Assembly (NCBI GenBank): GCA_001244265.2
Contig: CDLV01000004.1
Location: 3,348,001 to 3,412,000, forward strand
Length of the DNA: 64,000 nt
Reading direction: 5' to 3'
Origin: Microbotryum violaceum
Taxonomy: Eukaryota
The stretch's first letter is position 1; the number at the start of each line of letters is the position of its first letter. Position numbers and translations under genes: made by a program. The notes beneath the pieces are model-generated. The model had not been told where the DNA came from and made no database searches. It saw only the letters and a program-made list of their open reading frames with translations. Positions 32,550-48,257 of the stretch are shown here, piece after piece.

Positions 32550-35500
32550 ATGTCGCCCGGTACAGGACGATCGTCTCGCTCCACCGCGTCGTCGTCGCAT
32601 GTCCCACGCGAGGACAATAACGTGTACCAGTATGCGCTACGCTTCGCGGTGCTGCACTCGGTGCTCCGTGCTGGACGAGAGAGCGATGCTGATGACGCGA
32701 ACGAGGCCGGTGCCGCTGGTGCCGCGTCGGGCTTGGGCTCAGCCTCAGCCACGACCTCGACCTCGACCATCACCGCTTCGAACCTGACCGCAAAGCAACG
32801 GGCGAACAATCTCAAATTGTCCACCACCTCGTCCTCAGCCATGGGATCATCCTTGCGCCCCGCCGACGGGTGGACCAATGCGCTGCTTTCCGTCGGTGAC
32901 GTATTCCGAGACTCGAGCGGTGGCAGCGGCAGCGGCAAGAGCGTCAAGTTCCCCAAGGAGTTTGTCAAGGTGCTCGATGGAAAGCTCGTCAAGATATTCC
33001 AAGGGTCGGATCCCAAGCACGACGATAAGTTGTTCCGAGCCACTGTCGGTGCCTTCTACGGTACCTACAAGGACAAGTCGTTCCAGACCAAGCTGCTGCA
33101 GAACCGAGGCATAGAGGAGATCATCTTGACTTTCGTCACCATCGCTTCCGGGTACCTCAGGAAGCGGCTCGAAGGGGATGACTGGAAAGAGCACCTCAAC
33201 CAACATGTCGCCGAGTTCGTCATGGTGCTTCGAGATGGCCTCAAACTCTGTCGCGGCGTGCCCTCCGAGCTCCTGCTCAGGCTCGACTCGTACTGCTCAA
33301 AGATGCAGACTCCGGCGAGTGCAGGTGGTCCCAACTCAGCATCGACCGCTTCGACCAACAAGGACTTGTATTCTAGTGCCTCAACCGGATCGGCGCAGGC
33401 TTCGACCTCGAAACTCACCCTCGATACCCACCTCACCCCACCCATACCAGGATCGGCGAAAGTGCAGGATATGCCAATGGTCCTTGCAGTCGGCAAACTT
33501 TTTGGCAAATCGATCGCCGATCTGAATCGCGACTACTTTCCAATCCGAAGGACATGTACTGAACAGGTGAGCAGTTGTTGTGCCACATCATGCGCACTGC
33601 GTTCACGGTCGATGTGCTGATCCCTCTCGACATGGGCTGACAGTCCGCCTTCAATGACCTCAAGCTCTGCATCAACAACGTCGCGAAAAGTGCTCGCTTT
33701 CCCGCACGAAGAGAGGATTTCAATTCGGACGAGTCGTTCTCGACCTGGCGCAAACAGGAGAGCGATACGCTGCAGGAATACATGCTGAACATGATCAAGT
33801 GCTACCCGAATCTCGTGCGATCGGCGTCATCGACTGTCGCGACGGGTGAAACGGGCTCGAGTACCCCCATCACAGGATCACCGAGTTTGCGCCGGTCTGT
33901 TCTTTCGGTTGATGGAGGTTTCCCGCTAAACTCCGAGGACGACAGCGAACCGCTCGTCGACCCAGCGTTCGTATTTGTACCGCCGGATCCCAAGTTCTAT
34001 TACCGACGGCTGTATGAGATCGCCCTCAATCACGACTATGAAACAATGAGGGATCTTCCTCCCGATCAGGACGTCTCGCTGACGATTCTGTCGCCACTGC
34101 ACGAGGAGCTTCTTTCGGGTTGTGCGACGCGATGGCGTATCATGGCCCCGACTCGAGCGGGGACGTTTCTCTCGCTCATCGGCCAGCACTACAAGTTTCA
34201 AGCCGTGCCGGAAGCCTGTGTTGCGCAGGCTCTCAGCGATTTGGCTCAGGTCGTGGAGGACTGGGAATACGCCCGCTGGCCCTGGGCAGACCGAGACTAC
34301 CTCTTCAAAGGGCTCTCAGTGCTCTTCGACACGCTACTCAGCCGTTTCTTTGAGGTCTTCCAGGGACTTCTCGCGATCTCCCTGGAGGAGGTAGTGGATC
34401 TGATCCACGAGGTGCACACGAACGAAGTCTTCCGGGAGGACATTCGGGACCTTGATGCGACCTTGCAAGAGCTGCAACAGGGGATGCGCAAATTTATCGC
34501 GATGATGTACGAGGAGAAACAGCTCGAGGTCATTGAGAGGTCTCCGCCTGGGAATGCGCTGCACCCGTTTTTGACGATGCTTGATTGGATCACTGCCGAG
34601 GCTAAGAGCTATGACACGTTGTTCCCCAACAAATTTGTTGAGTGAGTTCTAAAAGTGGCCATACCAAAAGGCAATAAAGCAATGCTGATGCGTCCGTATT
34701 ACGAAATGTCAATAGCGTGATCGATCCGCCAGCCTTGTTCCTGGGAATTGCGGGTCCGTGGTTCGTCCAACACCTCAACTCGCAGCGCCAAACTCTTTTG
34801 GACGCGCTGACCAGGAATGAAGGGGAAGGAGGCGCGAATGATGCAGATATCTTGGATCTGTATCGCGCCATCTTGGCCTTGCAGAGGATGCATGGCGCTT
34901 TCTGTCCCAAGTGCGTGTTTTTTCACCAATTTCTCGCGGCTTTCTCAAGACTTACCCCTGTTTTTTGTTCGTTGCACAGGGAGCCGCTCAAGGTTGAATT
35001 TTCGAGCTGGTTTGAACCCTACATCCGGAAATGGCTGCAAAGGACCGATGCCAAGACGACCGAATGGGTGAAGGCGGCCATTCATCACGACACGGTGAGT
35101 GTTGCTAGTGCTCGATCAGGATCAGCTACGGAATACGAGCTGATGCTCAGCCTCGCTGCTCCCAGTTCGAACCCGAAGGAGCCGACGGTCATTCATCCTC
35201 CATCATCGACCTCATCGATTCGTGCCGATCCGCAACGGACTTCATCCTCAAACTCAACTGGCCCGACTCGTATGACAACGCTCGATACCTTACCGCCCTG
35301 TCTGAAACCATCGCAAAGTCAATCGAACGGTATGCGAGTGCGCTGGAAGCAATGTTCATCGATGAGATGTACCCTCGCGGCGAGCAAGAGCAAGATCCGG
35401 AAGCGGCTCGACCTTCGGCGTGGCTCACGAAAGCGAAGATGGTCGTGCAAGGGGATAAGAAGATCCAGCCTTTTGTCTTCAAACCCGAGGTATGTGGCCT

Positions 35501-37592
35501 TTTGACTTGGTTTTGACTCGTGTTTAACTGAACTCAACGGGATGAACTGCTTCTGCAGACGTGTGTCAAGCTTAACAACATCCAAGCCGCACGCAAGCTC
35601 TTGGACATCATGTACATGACGCTCGATGCCGACAACGTCTCTCGTACCGTCGAAGCTCATCAGCAGACGGAAGCGCCGCAGCAGGTGCTACAGCCCACGC
35701 GGTATCTCTTCACGGTCAAGATCCTACTGGGCGAGAATCTGGCCCCGAACGACAGTGCCTCGCGCAAGAAGCTCGACCCGTTCCTGATTTTGTCGGACCC
35801 CCAAGGATACCGCGTGGCCAAGACGCGAACGCTGTACGATACGAACGACCCACGATGGGATGAGACGATTGATATTTCAGTCAAAGGCGATCTCTGGCTA
35901 CGTGCGACGGTTTACAACCGCAACCTCGTAGAGAGCCACGACAACTATGGCTGCGCTTACGTCCATCTCGACCCGAAAGAGTTCAGCGATTTCATGCCCA
36001 AGGACCTGTGGTTCCAACTTGAAGATACCAAGCGACGTCGACTTGACAGTCGCATTTCGTTCCGCATCAGTATGGAAGGGGAGAAGGATGATATTCAGTT
36101 TTACTTTGGTCGCGCGTTCCGATGGCTCAAGCGTGCCGAGAGTGATATGGTCCGAATCATGGTCGACAAGGTAAGCCGCCTGATCGGTACAGTCGAGATC
36201 CCACCCACTGAACCTGTCCTCGCTCATATTGAAAAGATGTCGCCTTTCGTGCGCCACTACATCTCCCGCAATACCCTCAAAGCGCTCGTCAAGACTTCGT
36301 ATAACTTTGACATCGATCTAGACAAGGTGCGCGGCGACGTCGTCAAAGTCGGTGGCAAGCTCAACGCCTATGTCCGTGACGCCATCAATGGGCCTTCATA
36401 CACGATTCCGCCCGTCGAGGAATACGGTCACTATGAGACTACGGCTTCGCCGAGTGACAAGAAGAAGGGTCGAGGGCCGTTGACGGATCTTGAGATTGAG
36501 GACGCGATTGGGGACCTGTTTGATTACTTCAACGATACCTTTGGTACGCTCAGGACAAGCTTGAGTCAAGACGGTGAGTCCTTGAGAGCCATTTCGTTGA
36601 TGTTCTTAACTCATGATGGTGCTGGACCCCTTGCGCAGCGTGGAATCTCGTCATCTCGAGACTGTGGAAGGTCATTCTCACAACCATCGAAGGCTTGATC
36701 GTTCCGCCTCTGTCGGACCGACCTACACCGATGAAAATGATGAGTGAGAAAGAATTGGACATTGTCTTCAAGTGGCTTGGGGTGAGTACTGCGAAGGACC
36801 TTTGCGGTAGATTTTTGGGGCTTAAATGCTGACAGCGCTCCAATCAATCCGTTTTCCGTTTCAAAGTTCTTGGTGAACTTCTTCCACAGCAGCGGCGACG
36901 GTGTCCCGCTTGAGGATCTTCGCAATGCCAAATATCGAGGTGAGCAACGAGATTCTGAATGCGGTGCTCGGTGCGGTCCACTTACGGGAAACTGTTCGCA
37001 CAGAACTCGTCGAAGCGAGGATGTACTGGGACTGGACCACGGATCAATTGATGGAAGAGTCGGTTCGATCGAGTAAGTCGCGGCGGCAATGACTTCTCAT
37101 GCTGTGTGAAGCTGATCGCTGACCTCCGATTCCGACCTACAGTGCAACGCTCCATGCTGAGCAAGAATGACTCGCTGTTATCGCGATCCAAGTCGGTGTA
37201 TCAGCAACGCAACCTGGGTACGATCCGCGCGCGCAAGATCGAGAAAAAGCAGACGTCCTCGACTAGTGGCGAGATGATATTGAGGATCCTGAGGATGCAG
37301 TGAGTAGCTTACTCCTTAGAGTGACCCTTCAACTCGGACTAACTGAGCAACGAGTCGATTGGTCTGGTACAGCTCTGGCACGAGTGACTTTATTGCCCAA
37401 CAGCTTGCGACGATAGCTTCGTTGCAGCAAGAGAGCACGCGTTTGCAGCAAGGCAGGGGCGGCAAAGCTGCCAGTGGAAGCTTGCAGCGACGTCCTCTCA
37501 ACAATGGCGGAAAGCAGTTATCTTCATCGCGATTGGGGAGAAGCCATGGCGCTCCTGCTGTACCCAAGCTGCCATCGACGTATGGTGATTGA
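32550..37592 (+). CDS. Fungal C2-domain/Munc13-homology (MHD) protein, YOR296W/ync13-like, multi-exon
   Basis: Long spliced frame with FVPPDPKFYYRRL and SWFEPYIRKWL, C2 domain FTVKILLGENL...KTRTLYDTNDPRWDE, SMEGEKDDIQFYFGRAF and FFHSSGDGVP. Confidence 0.8.
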
Positions 37593-37936
37593 GTTGGGGT
37601 TGGCCCGATCCGGAGGCCGAATGGCGTGGCGGACGATACCCCTCGCATTGTCAGGAAGCTTGCATTATATTCTGCGAATAATTCAATGGGTTCATCATTT
37701 ACACTGCTGTGTGGGATTGATCAGAAGATCCTTCCTAAAACTGGGTTGTATCGATACATAGTGAACCGGGGAGGATTCAGGTCTCGGCGACGATGAACTC
37801 CGGCTCGGCTGGCTCGGGCACTCTCGGGCATGAAACCGGTTATGACTTTTTGACCGACCGGCCGGTTAAACTGATCGTCGCTCCTTCTCGACCGTCCGTC
37901 TCGACCGCTCAATCGCAAGTATCCGAGCGGGGCGCC

Positions 37937-40900
37937 ATGTCCATCCAAGATGACCTCCTGGCGTCGATCAAAGTGCAAGACGACACCCACGCTGACGAGG
38001 TGGCACTGAGTGATGCGCTGTGGCAGTGCTTACGCGACTTGAACGCCGAGGACGACGATCAGGCCAAGTCGGGTCATGGTGCCTCGATCTCATCCCAACT
38101 CGTGACAGAGGCTAGATTTGCCATCGCCTTAACACCGAGAACACGACTTGTTCAAGCTCGGAATAGCTCGACTACGTTCGGCAGTTTGGTCGTTAATGCT
38201 AGCAAGGCGACGGGCAAGAACAAGGCTGAGCAGCAACCGGTCAGTCGTCTGCCTCAGCTCTTGTGCCGGTGCTGGTTGTTATTGGGCCACTGATGGATCA
38301 CTGATTTTCTGCAACAGAATACAAACGTTGTATACGTACCACAAAGACTGCTCGAGCAGCACCCCGCCATTTTTGGCTCCGCGCTCAAGTCGACTTCGAG
38401 CTCAGCCTCGTCGTCCTCGACGTCTTCCGTCTCGCTCGGTGTATCCCGTGTTCGACCGGTCCCGCTTTCGGACCTCATCCTCATCGCATATAACTCCAAC
38501 TCGTACGACTACTCGGTCACCAACAAGGACGAGTTCCTGCAGTCACTCGGCAAGCACGGGCGCATCGTTAGGCCAGGCGAGGTGCTGAGCTCCACTTCGG
38601 CTTCCGGTCAGGCGCTTAGTTGGACTGTCGCTATAGCCGAGCCTGTGCTGCAAGGCGTGTTGGTTCCCGGTAGCACGCGCTTTCTCGTGCTTACTCCTAC
38701 GGACGAGCCAGCGTCGTTGCTCAATGGGAGCAGTTCTCCGAATGGGCATGGCGACCACCTCGATCTACACTCGCTCGACGACGATGACGGCGCATTCGAC
38801 ATTGACGAGTCTTTCTTGGCCGCTTCAGTCCTTTCTCTGCCCCGACTTGATGGCACTTCCACACCCATCTCTTCTCGAGACCTTTCAGGTATTGCGCCTT
38901 CGAATTCTTCTCCTTCCCCTTTCCCTAGCCATGGCGATGGTCCGCTCTCGCCAACGAGATCTGCTCTGTCTCGGAGTCAGAACCAGCGCGCGCTCGTACA
39001 AGCTCAGGCTTTACAGCGCCCTGTCGACTCTTCGACTTTGGTTCCGCAACCTACCGAAGGGGAGGATGAAACACTATGGGCTTTTTTGGGCAGTAGGGAT
39101 CTCAGTCGGGTGGGATTGTTCAGTGGGGATTGGGCTCTGGTCGAGTCCGAGGGATCGAGCTTTTTAACGTCGGAGCGAAGACTGGTGCGAGTCTTCGTTT
39201 CGGACGAACTGCAGAACTTGATCAACGCGACAGGGTAAACTGTGGAAGCTCCTATCATTCATGGTCCCAAGAGGCTAACACACGACCCTGTACGACTCGC
39301 AGGGTACCTGTTGCGTTGTTCGCCCCGACACTTCTCCACACCTTGCCGTCCAAAACGGTCACGCTCGTTCCTGCCGCTCTCCCCTTCCAGACTTCATTCC
39401 CTATCGCCTCCTCCGTCACTGTAGCCCGAGTCGCATCACCCCGGTCAGTGCATCGAGTGTACCAGTCCCTCTTCCTCGACGGTCTCAAAGGTTTCTTTAA
39501 GGATCGACAGCGGATATTGAAGAAGGGCGACGTGATCGCCGTCGGCATCTGTGAGGATATGGCTCGGTTCAGCGAAGGAGCAGCCGCAGAAGATGAGGAT
39601 GAGGTCGAGTGAGTTACGGAGCTCTTTCTGGGTGCGGGGCCGAATTCTTTTCTGACGACGCTCAACAATCTCCGTTACTTTCGAAAGGCTACCGGCGTCC
39701 CTGAACGTTCCTACCGCCGTCGTTTATTTCGTTATCACGTCACTAGAGCTCTCGCCTCCGACAGAGGTCCGAGCAGAGGGGGGCGATGAGCTGACGGAGC
39801 TACTGGACCTAGGCGCGTTCGGCTGCCATGTGGATCCTCGAATGACGAAACTGGTGCAGAGTGGCGTTGAGCATAGTCTGGTCCCGGACGTGGAGGGGTA
39901 TCTCAGGATAGGTGAGTTGTCATCCCAGCGTTGGCTTAGGCAGCCGCCACCAGCTGAAGTTTATCCATGATGTTCACCCATAGTCGACTCGTTTGCTGCC
40001 AAGTCAGATAAGGCCGCCTTGGAAGAGGGAACACCAACCTGGCGGCTGCTGGAATACGTCAAAGCGTCTCTGCGACCTGGGACAAGCGACTATGATCTGC
40101 ACTTGACGGTGCTCGTCAAAGGCGCTCATGGGTCGGGCAAGCGATCTCTCGTCAAATCCGTCGCTCGTTCTTCTGGTCTACATTTGCTCGAGTTGGATTG
40201 CTACGACCTGATTGGCGAGTCGGACGTCAAAACGGAGGGACATCTACGAGCGAGGATCGATAATGCGCTCTCGTGCTCCCCGTGCATCATGCTCTTGCGG
40301 AACATTGAGGCGTTGGCGAGAAAGAGTCAAGCACTCGAGACTGGGCAAGGTGCGCCGATCGTCGAATTGATCTCAGACACGTGGAAGATGATTGAGGTTT
40401 TCGTCGATCTCTTGATGTTCGTGCAGAGCCTGCAATCACCACCGTATTGAAAGAGTGCTTCGCGACCGCACGGCAAGGGTGGAAGACGAGCAAATTCCCC
40501 GTCATCATCATCGCGACAACGTGTGACATCGAAAAGCTACCCAGGGGCGTTCTTGGTGCATTCAAAGAGGAGATTGCGATCGAGGCACCAAACGAAGCTG
40601 AGCGCCTTACGATCCTGCGTTCGTTGACCCGTTCCTCGGTCATCGCGCCTGACGTTTCGTTGCGGGCTCTCGCCGTCCAGACCGCTGCACTGGTGGCGAA
40701 TGACCTGGTCGACCTGGTGCGACGGGCTGGTTTGGCTGCAGCGGAGCGAGCGCTCGCGTCGTTCGACGCCTCCGAGGCGGATGCAAGGCCTCTGCGAGTC
40801 GAAGATGTAGCTCGTGCCGGACTGGAGTTGACGGCTGTGGACTTCAACAAAGCACTGGACAAAGCTCGGGCCTCGTATTCGGAGAGCATCGGCGCCCCCA

Positions 40901-42215
40901 AGATCCCCAACGTGACCTGGGACGACGTCGGAGGCCTAGCCAATGTCAAGAGCGATATCTTGGATACGATTCAATTACCCCTTGAGCATCCCGAGCTCTT
41001 CGCTGATGGGCTGAAGAAGCGAGCTGGTATCTTGCTGTACGGTCCACCGGGAACGGGCAAAACCTTGCTCGCCAAAGCCGTGGCGACGTCATGCTCGCTC
41101 AACTTCTTCTCCGTCAAGGGCCCAGAGCTACTGAACATGTACATTGGAGAGTCTGAAGCCAACGTACGAAGGGTATTCCAACGCGCTCGGGATGCCAAGC
41201 CGTGCGTCATCTTTTTCGACGAGTTGGATTCGGTCGCACCGAAACGTGGTAACCAGGGAGATTCGGGTGGTGTGATGGATCGTATTGTCTCTCAGCTGCT
41301 GGCCGAGTTGGATGGCATGTCGGAGGGCAAGGGTGGCAGCGACGTTTTTGTTATTGGGGCGACCAATCGACCTGACTTGCTCGATCCAGCTTTGCTCCGC
41401 CCCGGTCGGTGAGTGAAGGCTTTTCTCTCCTCCCCGCACCCAACGGTTCACTGACTTGCATCTTTCCGGCGGCGACAGATTCGATCGCATGCTGTACCTT
41501 GGCGTGAACGATACGCATGATGCGCAGCTCAAGATCATCCAGGCCCTCACACGCAAGTTCAAACTCGACCCCGACATTCGACTCGAGGATGTCGTGGCGT
41601 TGTGCCCGTACAACTACACCGGAGCTGACTTTTACGCGCTGTGTTCGGACGCGATGCTGAAAGCCATGACGAGGAAGGCGACGGAGATTGATGATACCAT
41701 CAGTGAGTTGAGATGAGAATGTAGTTCGGTCTCATTGCATTTACTAGAGACAGACCTTCCCTCACCCGCAGCCAAACTCAATTTGAATCCGCCTTACTCG
41801 AATGGCATCAAGCTCACGCCTCAATACTACCTCGCCGAGATGGCCACTCCGGCCGAGATCGAAGTGCTTGTTTCGCAGAAAGATTTCGAGGCTGCTCTTG
41901 CCGAGGCGAGTGATTGTGTGGTTGGGTGTAGACGCAATAGCGCGTTCGTCTGCTAACTCCGACGGTCGATGTAGCCTCTTGCAGTTGGTTCCGTCGGTGT
42001 CCAAGGCGGAGATGCTTCATTACAAGACGGTGCAGCAGAGGTTTTCGAGTGAGACGATGAATATCGACGAGAAGATGGCGGAAAAGGAGCAGCAACAGCA
42101 GCAGCTGCGGATAGGGTCGAAGGCTGTGGCTCCGGGGTCTGTCACGATCGCACCCCCTGTCGAGCTCTCTGCGGCTGAACAGAGAAGGATCGCTAAAGGC
42201 AACGGGCGAGCATGA
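37937..42215 (+). CDS. PEX6: Peroxisomal AAA+ ATPase PEX6, multi-exon
   Basis: Degenerate D1 (GAHGSGKR), [69 protein letters not shown]. Confidence 0.96.
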
Positions 42216-42774
42216 TGAGGTGTCAGGTGATGACTCACTACGGGCAGATTTCAACTAGAGAGCACACGGTTTGGATCGTGGTATATCTGTAACCCGCTAT
42301 GAAGTTGAAATGCCTGTGTGGTCTTGGTTCGCTCGACGCTGGTCCAGAGTTGATGAGTTCAGCCAAGCCGAGTCAAGGGCGACTTGATCGATGGGATTCC
42401 GGTCGCGACCGAGGCGGCGAGGCGGCTGTTGATCGATTTGGCGAGTGACTTCATCGCCGGGGGCTGATTTGAGCGCGATAAACGTGCGTGCGACGTCCGA
42501 GTTGGCTTTCGCGAATCTGGAGGGGAAAAGCCCGCTGCAGACGACGTTGCCGCACATCTTGGGTGAGGGTTGGATGCTCGGTATTGCCACGTCGCTCGAC
42601 GCTCGGAAGCCCTTTGATTCCCGACTCCCGACCGGCCCCGCTTTAATCCGAGCGAGGGGGCCGCGATCAGCATATCAGCCGCCGCTTCTTGGCGATGGAT
42701 GAGGCAGCTCAGCGCAGCTCCGCGCGCGCAGACGTGGTGGTGAAGCGACCGACTTGCGACCTTTGACCTCTTTC

Positions 42775-42848
42775 CACCACCCACACTCCCCCTCCTATTT
42801 AAGCCCACACCCACGCCCAACGCACCACACCTCACAACTTCAATCAAC
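42775..42848 (+). promoter_or_regulatory. GAPDH core promoter (CT-rich tract, TATTTAA box)
   Basis: TATTTAA about 50 bp upstream of the ATG in a pyrimidine/CA-rich context. Confidence 0.45.
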
Positions 42849-44873
<2,025 letters not shown>

Positions 44874-45821
44874 ATGTTTCGCCCCTGCCCCAAATCCAAG
44901 CGATGCTCTTGATGCACCTTTAATAGCGTTGCCGTTGCGAGCCGCTTGTCCTTAGATCCCCTCCCATGTCCTGTTCTGCCTGCTTTTGCTCAGCGACGAA
45001 AATTGATAGTTCCAACACAATCTGATGATCAACTCCCAGTTTGATGTTTCGGTAAAGGTGTATCTAACAAGAATCCCTCTGCTGGGGATCCAGTCTCGGT
45101 TTCGTCTTGCTTGAAGCGTGTCAGCCCCCACGTACCATTTGCTGACTGATCGAGCGCAGAGTGGAGCTAGCAGCTAGCTGCTCCGCGCTCAGCACCCGAT
45201 CCAGGTTGGCGTACTTGCAGCGGGCCATGAAAATGCTATAAGGTCGAGGGCAGTACCTTCCGAACCCCAAAATATTCCTTGCAAACTCTACCTAGTCAAA
45301 AACTCAAGGAAGCGATTCGTTCGTTTTTTTTTCGCCGGAGGCCTGTTCTGCAAATCCCGCACCGCCATATGTCCGACCCACACTGCCTCTGAGCTCTGAA
45401 GGCTCTCTTCCCGAGGATGGCGCGGCCAGGACACCGAGCCATGCCGGCGCGTGATGAAATCGGTAGACGAGCTCGGTCTGCCGCGCCTGCCTCTGAAGTT
45501 TGATCTGATTTGCTACCTAGCCACCGAGGGCTAGCATGCTTGGTTTTGGTCCATCCTGGTCGCTACCGTGTATTCTTCTTTGTCCTCGAGCCCTTCGTCG
45601 TTAGAAATTGCACTTTCGCCCCCGTGGATCCGCCTTTTCTCGAAATTGGAGCCACGGTTGATCGACTGCAGTGATTGGGTCGCTTTCGCAAGCCCGAGCT
45701 ACACGTCTGATCCGAAGCGGTGCGCTCCTCATAATCACGTCCATCAAACGCACGTCCATCGCCTCGGTCCCACAGGAAAACGGCTCGACAATTGGACCAC
45801 AAGACCTGAAACCGTAGCGTC

Positions 45822-48257
45822 ATGACGGGTACCTTCTTAGAGTGGGCTCGAGGGCCCTTCTCCGGCTCGCCCTCGATGAGTCCAGCGCCGAGTCGCTCGG
45901 ATACGACGACCAATCCGACTGGCGCGCGCCCTAGCAGCTCGAGCAGCGACGTCGACCTCCACGCAGAAGACCTTCACGGCGGACCCAACTCGGATGCCTC
46001 GATCGATATTACGGCATCTCGTCCTCGCAATGTCAATCATACCAGTCACTTCGCGTGGGTCACTGCGCGCTTCAATGCCGGCTCCAAGGCGTTCGACAAA
46101 GCGAGGCGTTTCTCTATCGACGCCGTGCCGGATTTTGTCCACTCGGCACTTTCCTCCATCACTCCTGGCAGCGCGTCGCATAGCAACAACAGCTCTCGCC
46201 ACGACCTCACTGAAGGAATTGAATCCCCCGCTGCGATGGCGTTCACGATCCGACCCTTCCATCATCGCGAGAACACGGGATTGCATGCCATCAAGGATAC
46301 GTTCTCTGTCTACAGGCAAAGTCTGCCCGGCTTGCCTCATCCGCATCTACCTCATCTCAAGGGTGTCTCGGTCGAATCCCTGCCTGGCTCGGGTCTCGTC
46401 AGTCGATTAATGTATTCGAGCTCCAATATGAACGATGAACCTTCGAGTATGGACGATCAAGGTGCTACTCGGCCTTCCACCCCGACGGCGTTCGGTGGGC
46501 TCAAAGGCGATGTGCTCGTCATGGGTGGGTACAGGGGAAGCACGCTCAAGGATGCAAAGACTAAGACGGTATTGTGAGTGATGAATGCAAATTTGCGTAC
46601 GGCTTGTTACTGCGAGGCTTGACTGATGAAGTCGAGTTGCTGCACAGATGGGTAAATCCGAGAATTGGAATGGGGTTCAAAAAGTCGAACTTATTCATGG
46701 GACTTGGCGACGAGGTGAGCCATTGGTTGAGGTGCTGAACCTCCACCTAGCGTCACTGACCATTTAGGCACGACGAACCGCCATAGGATGAGCTTCGATC
46801 GACCGAGACCGTCGTCCCCGGCAAGATGTTGATGCGCATGAGCTTCATCAACCTCGGCAAAGGACTCGAGACCAAACTCAAACTGCTTGCAGCAACGACG
46901 AGAGGCACCGACTTGGCTTTACGGTATCACAACCATGGCTACGACTGGCGGCGGAATCTCGACCTGTCGAGTGCGGAGCTACTGACGAAGCTTGAGCACC
47001 TGAAGGCGGAGAGTGCAGCGCGAGGCGAGGGTGTCGATGGCAAGGGCGAAGGGGCCACGATCGTGGCCCACTCGATGGGAGGTCTTGTCACATTGCATGC
47101 TCTGGCAACGGCAAAGGACCCGACGATCATCAAGCAGATCATCTTTGCCGGCACACCATTCGGGGGCTGCGCCAATATTCTGGGACCGCTACGACAGGGC
47201 GATGGGATTCTCTTTAACAAAGAGATTGGATCCCCGGTCACTGTCTTCTCCATGCGATCGAGCTTTTACTTGCTCCCGCGAAATCACCTCTCTTTCGAAA
47301 CTCCACTTGGAAAACTGCTACCCATCGATTTCTTTGACGCACATTCGTGGGCTAAGTACGGCTTGTCGCCCTTGATGGCCCAGATATATAACACCGACGA
47401 TCCAGAACATTGCGATCAGCGCTCGCGAGCTCGCGCGGAGGCGCTCGAGGTCGACACAATGTCGCTTCATTCGGGATTGGCAATGGTGCCGGGAGAAATC
47501 GACGTCATCTCTCTGTCGCGCGAAGAGGTGGCCCACGATGTGCACCTCGACTTCGGGGCTTTGGGTACGCATTCGAATTTTTCGACGCCGAACAGCTCGC
47601 GGCAAGGAAGTGTCAAGTCGCCACCGATTTCAGCTTCCATGTCACCTACCAACTCGAGTGATCAGTTCTCACCACCCGCTTCCGCATGCATGACACCGTC
47701 ATCCGTGCCCATGATCTCGACTAATGGCGATTCGGGCTCCCGAGCTCTTGCTGCGGGCGTCTCGGGGGAAAAGAAAGGGGCTCGGGCGACCCCCTTTGAG
47801 ATCGACATGAATCGATTACTTCAGTCTGACGCTGACATCTCTGAATACCTCGAACGAACGCTCGAACGAGTGAAGAAGGTAAGACCTTGTGCTAAGCGAT
47901 TTTTTTCTCTTCTCCGCCGATGACTCGCCCTGACCTCCTGATTTTGGTAGTTCTACCATGACATTGATACGCTCTTCGATCCCGCCAAAATCGATCTATA
48001 CCCCAAGATTGCTCTCATCACTTCGCGCAAGACCGCCACGGCGCGTGGGATCGTCGCAGATTCGTACGACACGATCGCCTCGACGCCGTACACGCGGCTG
48101 CTCTTTGGGGAAGGCGATGGCATTGTCACCTACGAAAGCGCTTCGTCGCTTCCTGGTCCGTGGAACGACTTGGTCAAAGGGGTCGTCGAGAGCAACTTTG
48201 GGCATGTCAGTTTGCTCGCGGACATTGATGTGGTTGCTCGTTGCTTTGAAGCCTTGA
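45822..48257 (+). CDS. Alpha/beta-hydrolase (LCAT/PGAP1-like), multi-exon
   Basis: MGGYRGS, GYDWRR, nucleophile AHSMGG, FAGTPF, GEGDGIV, GHVSLL. Confidence 0.8.
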
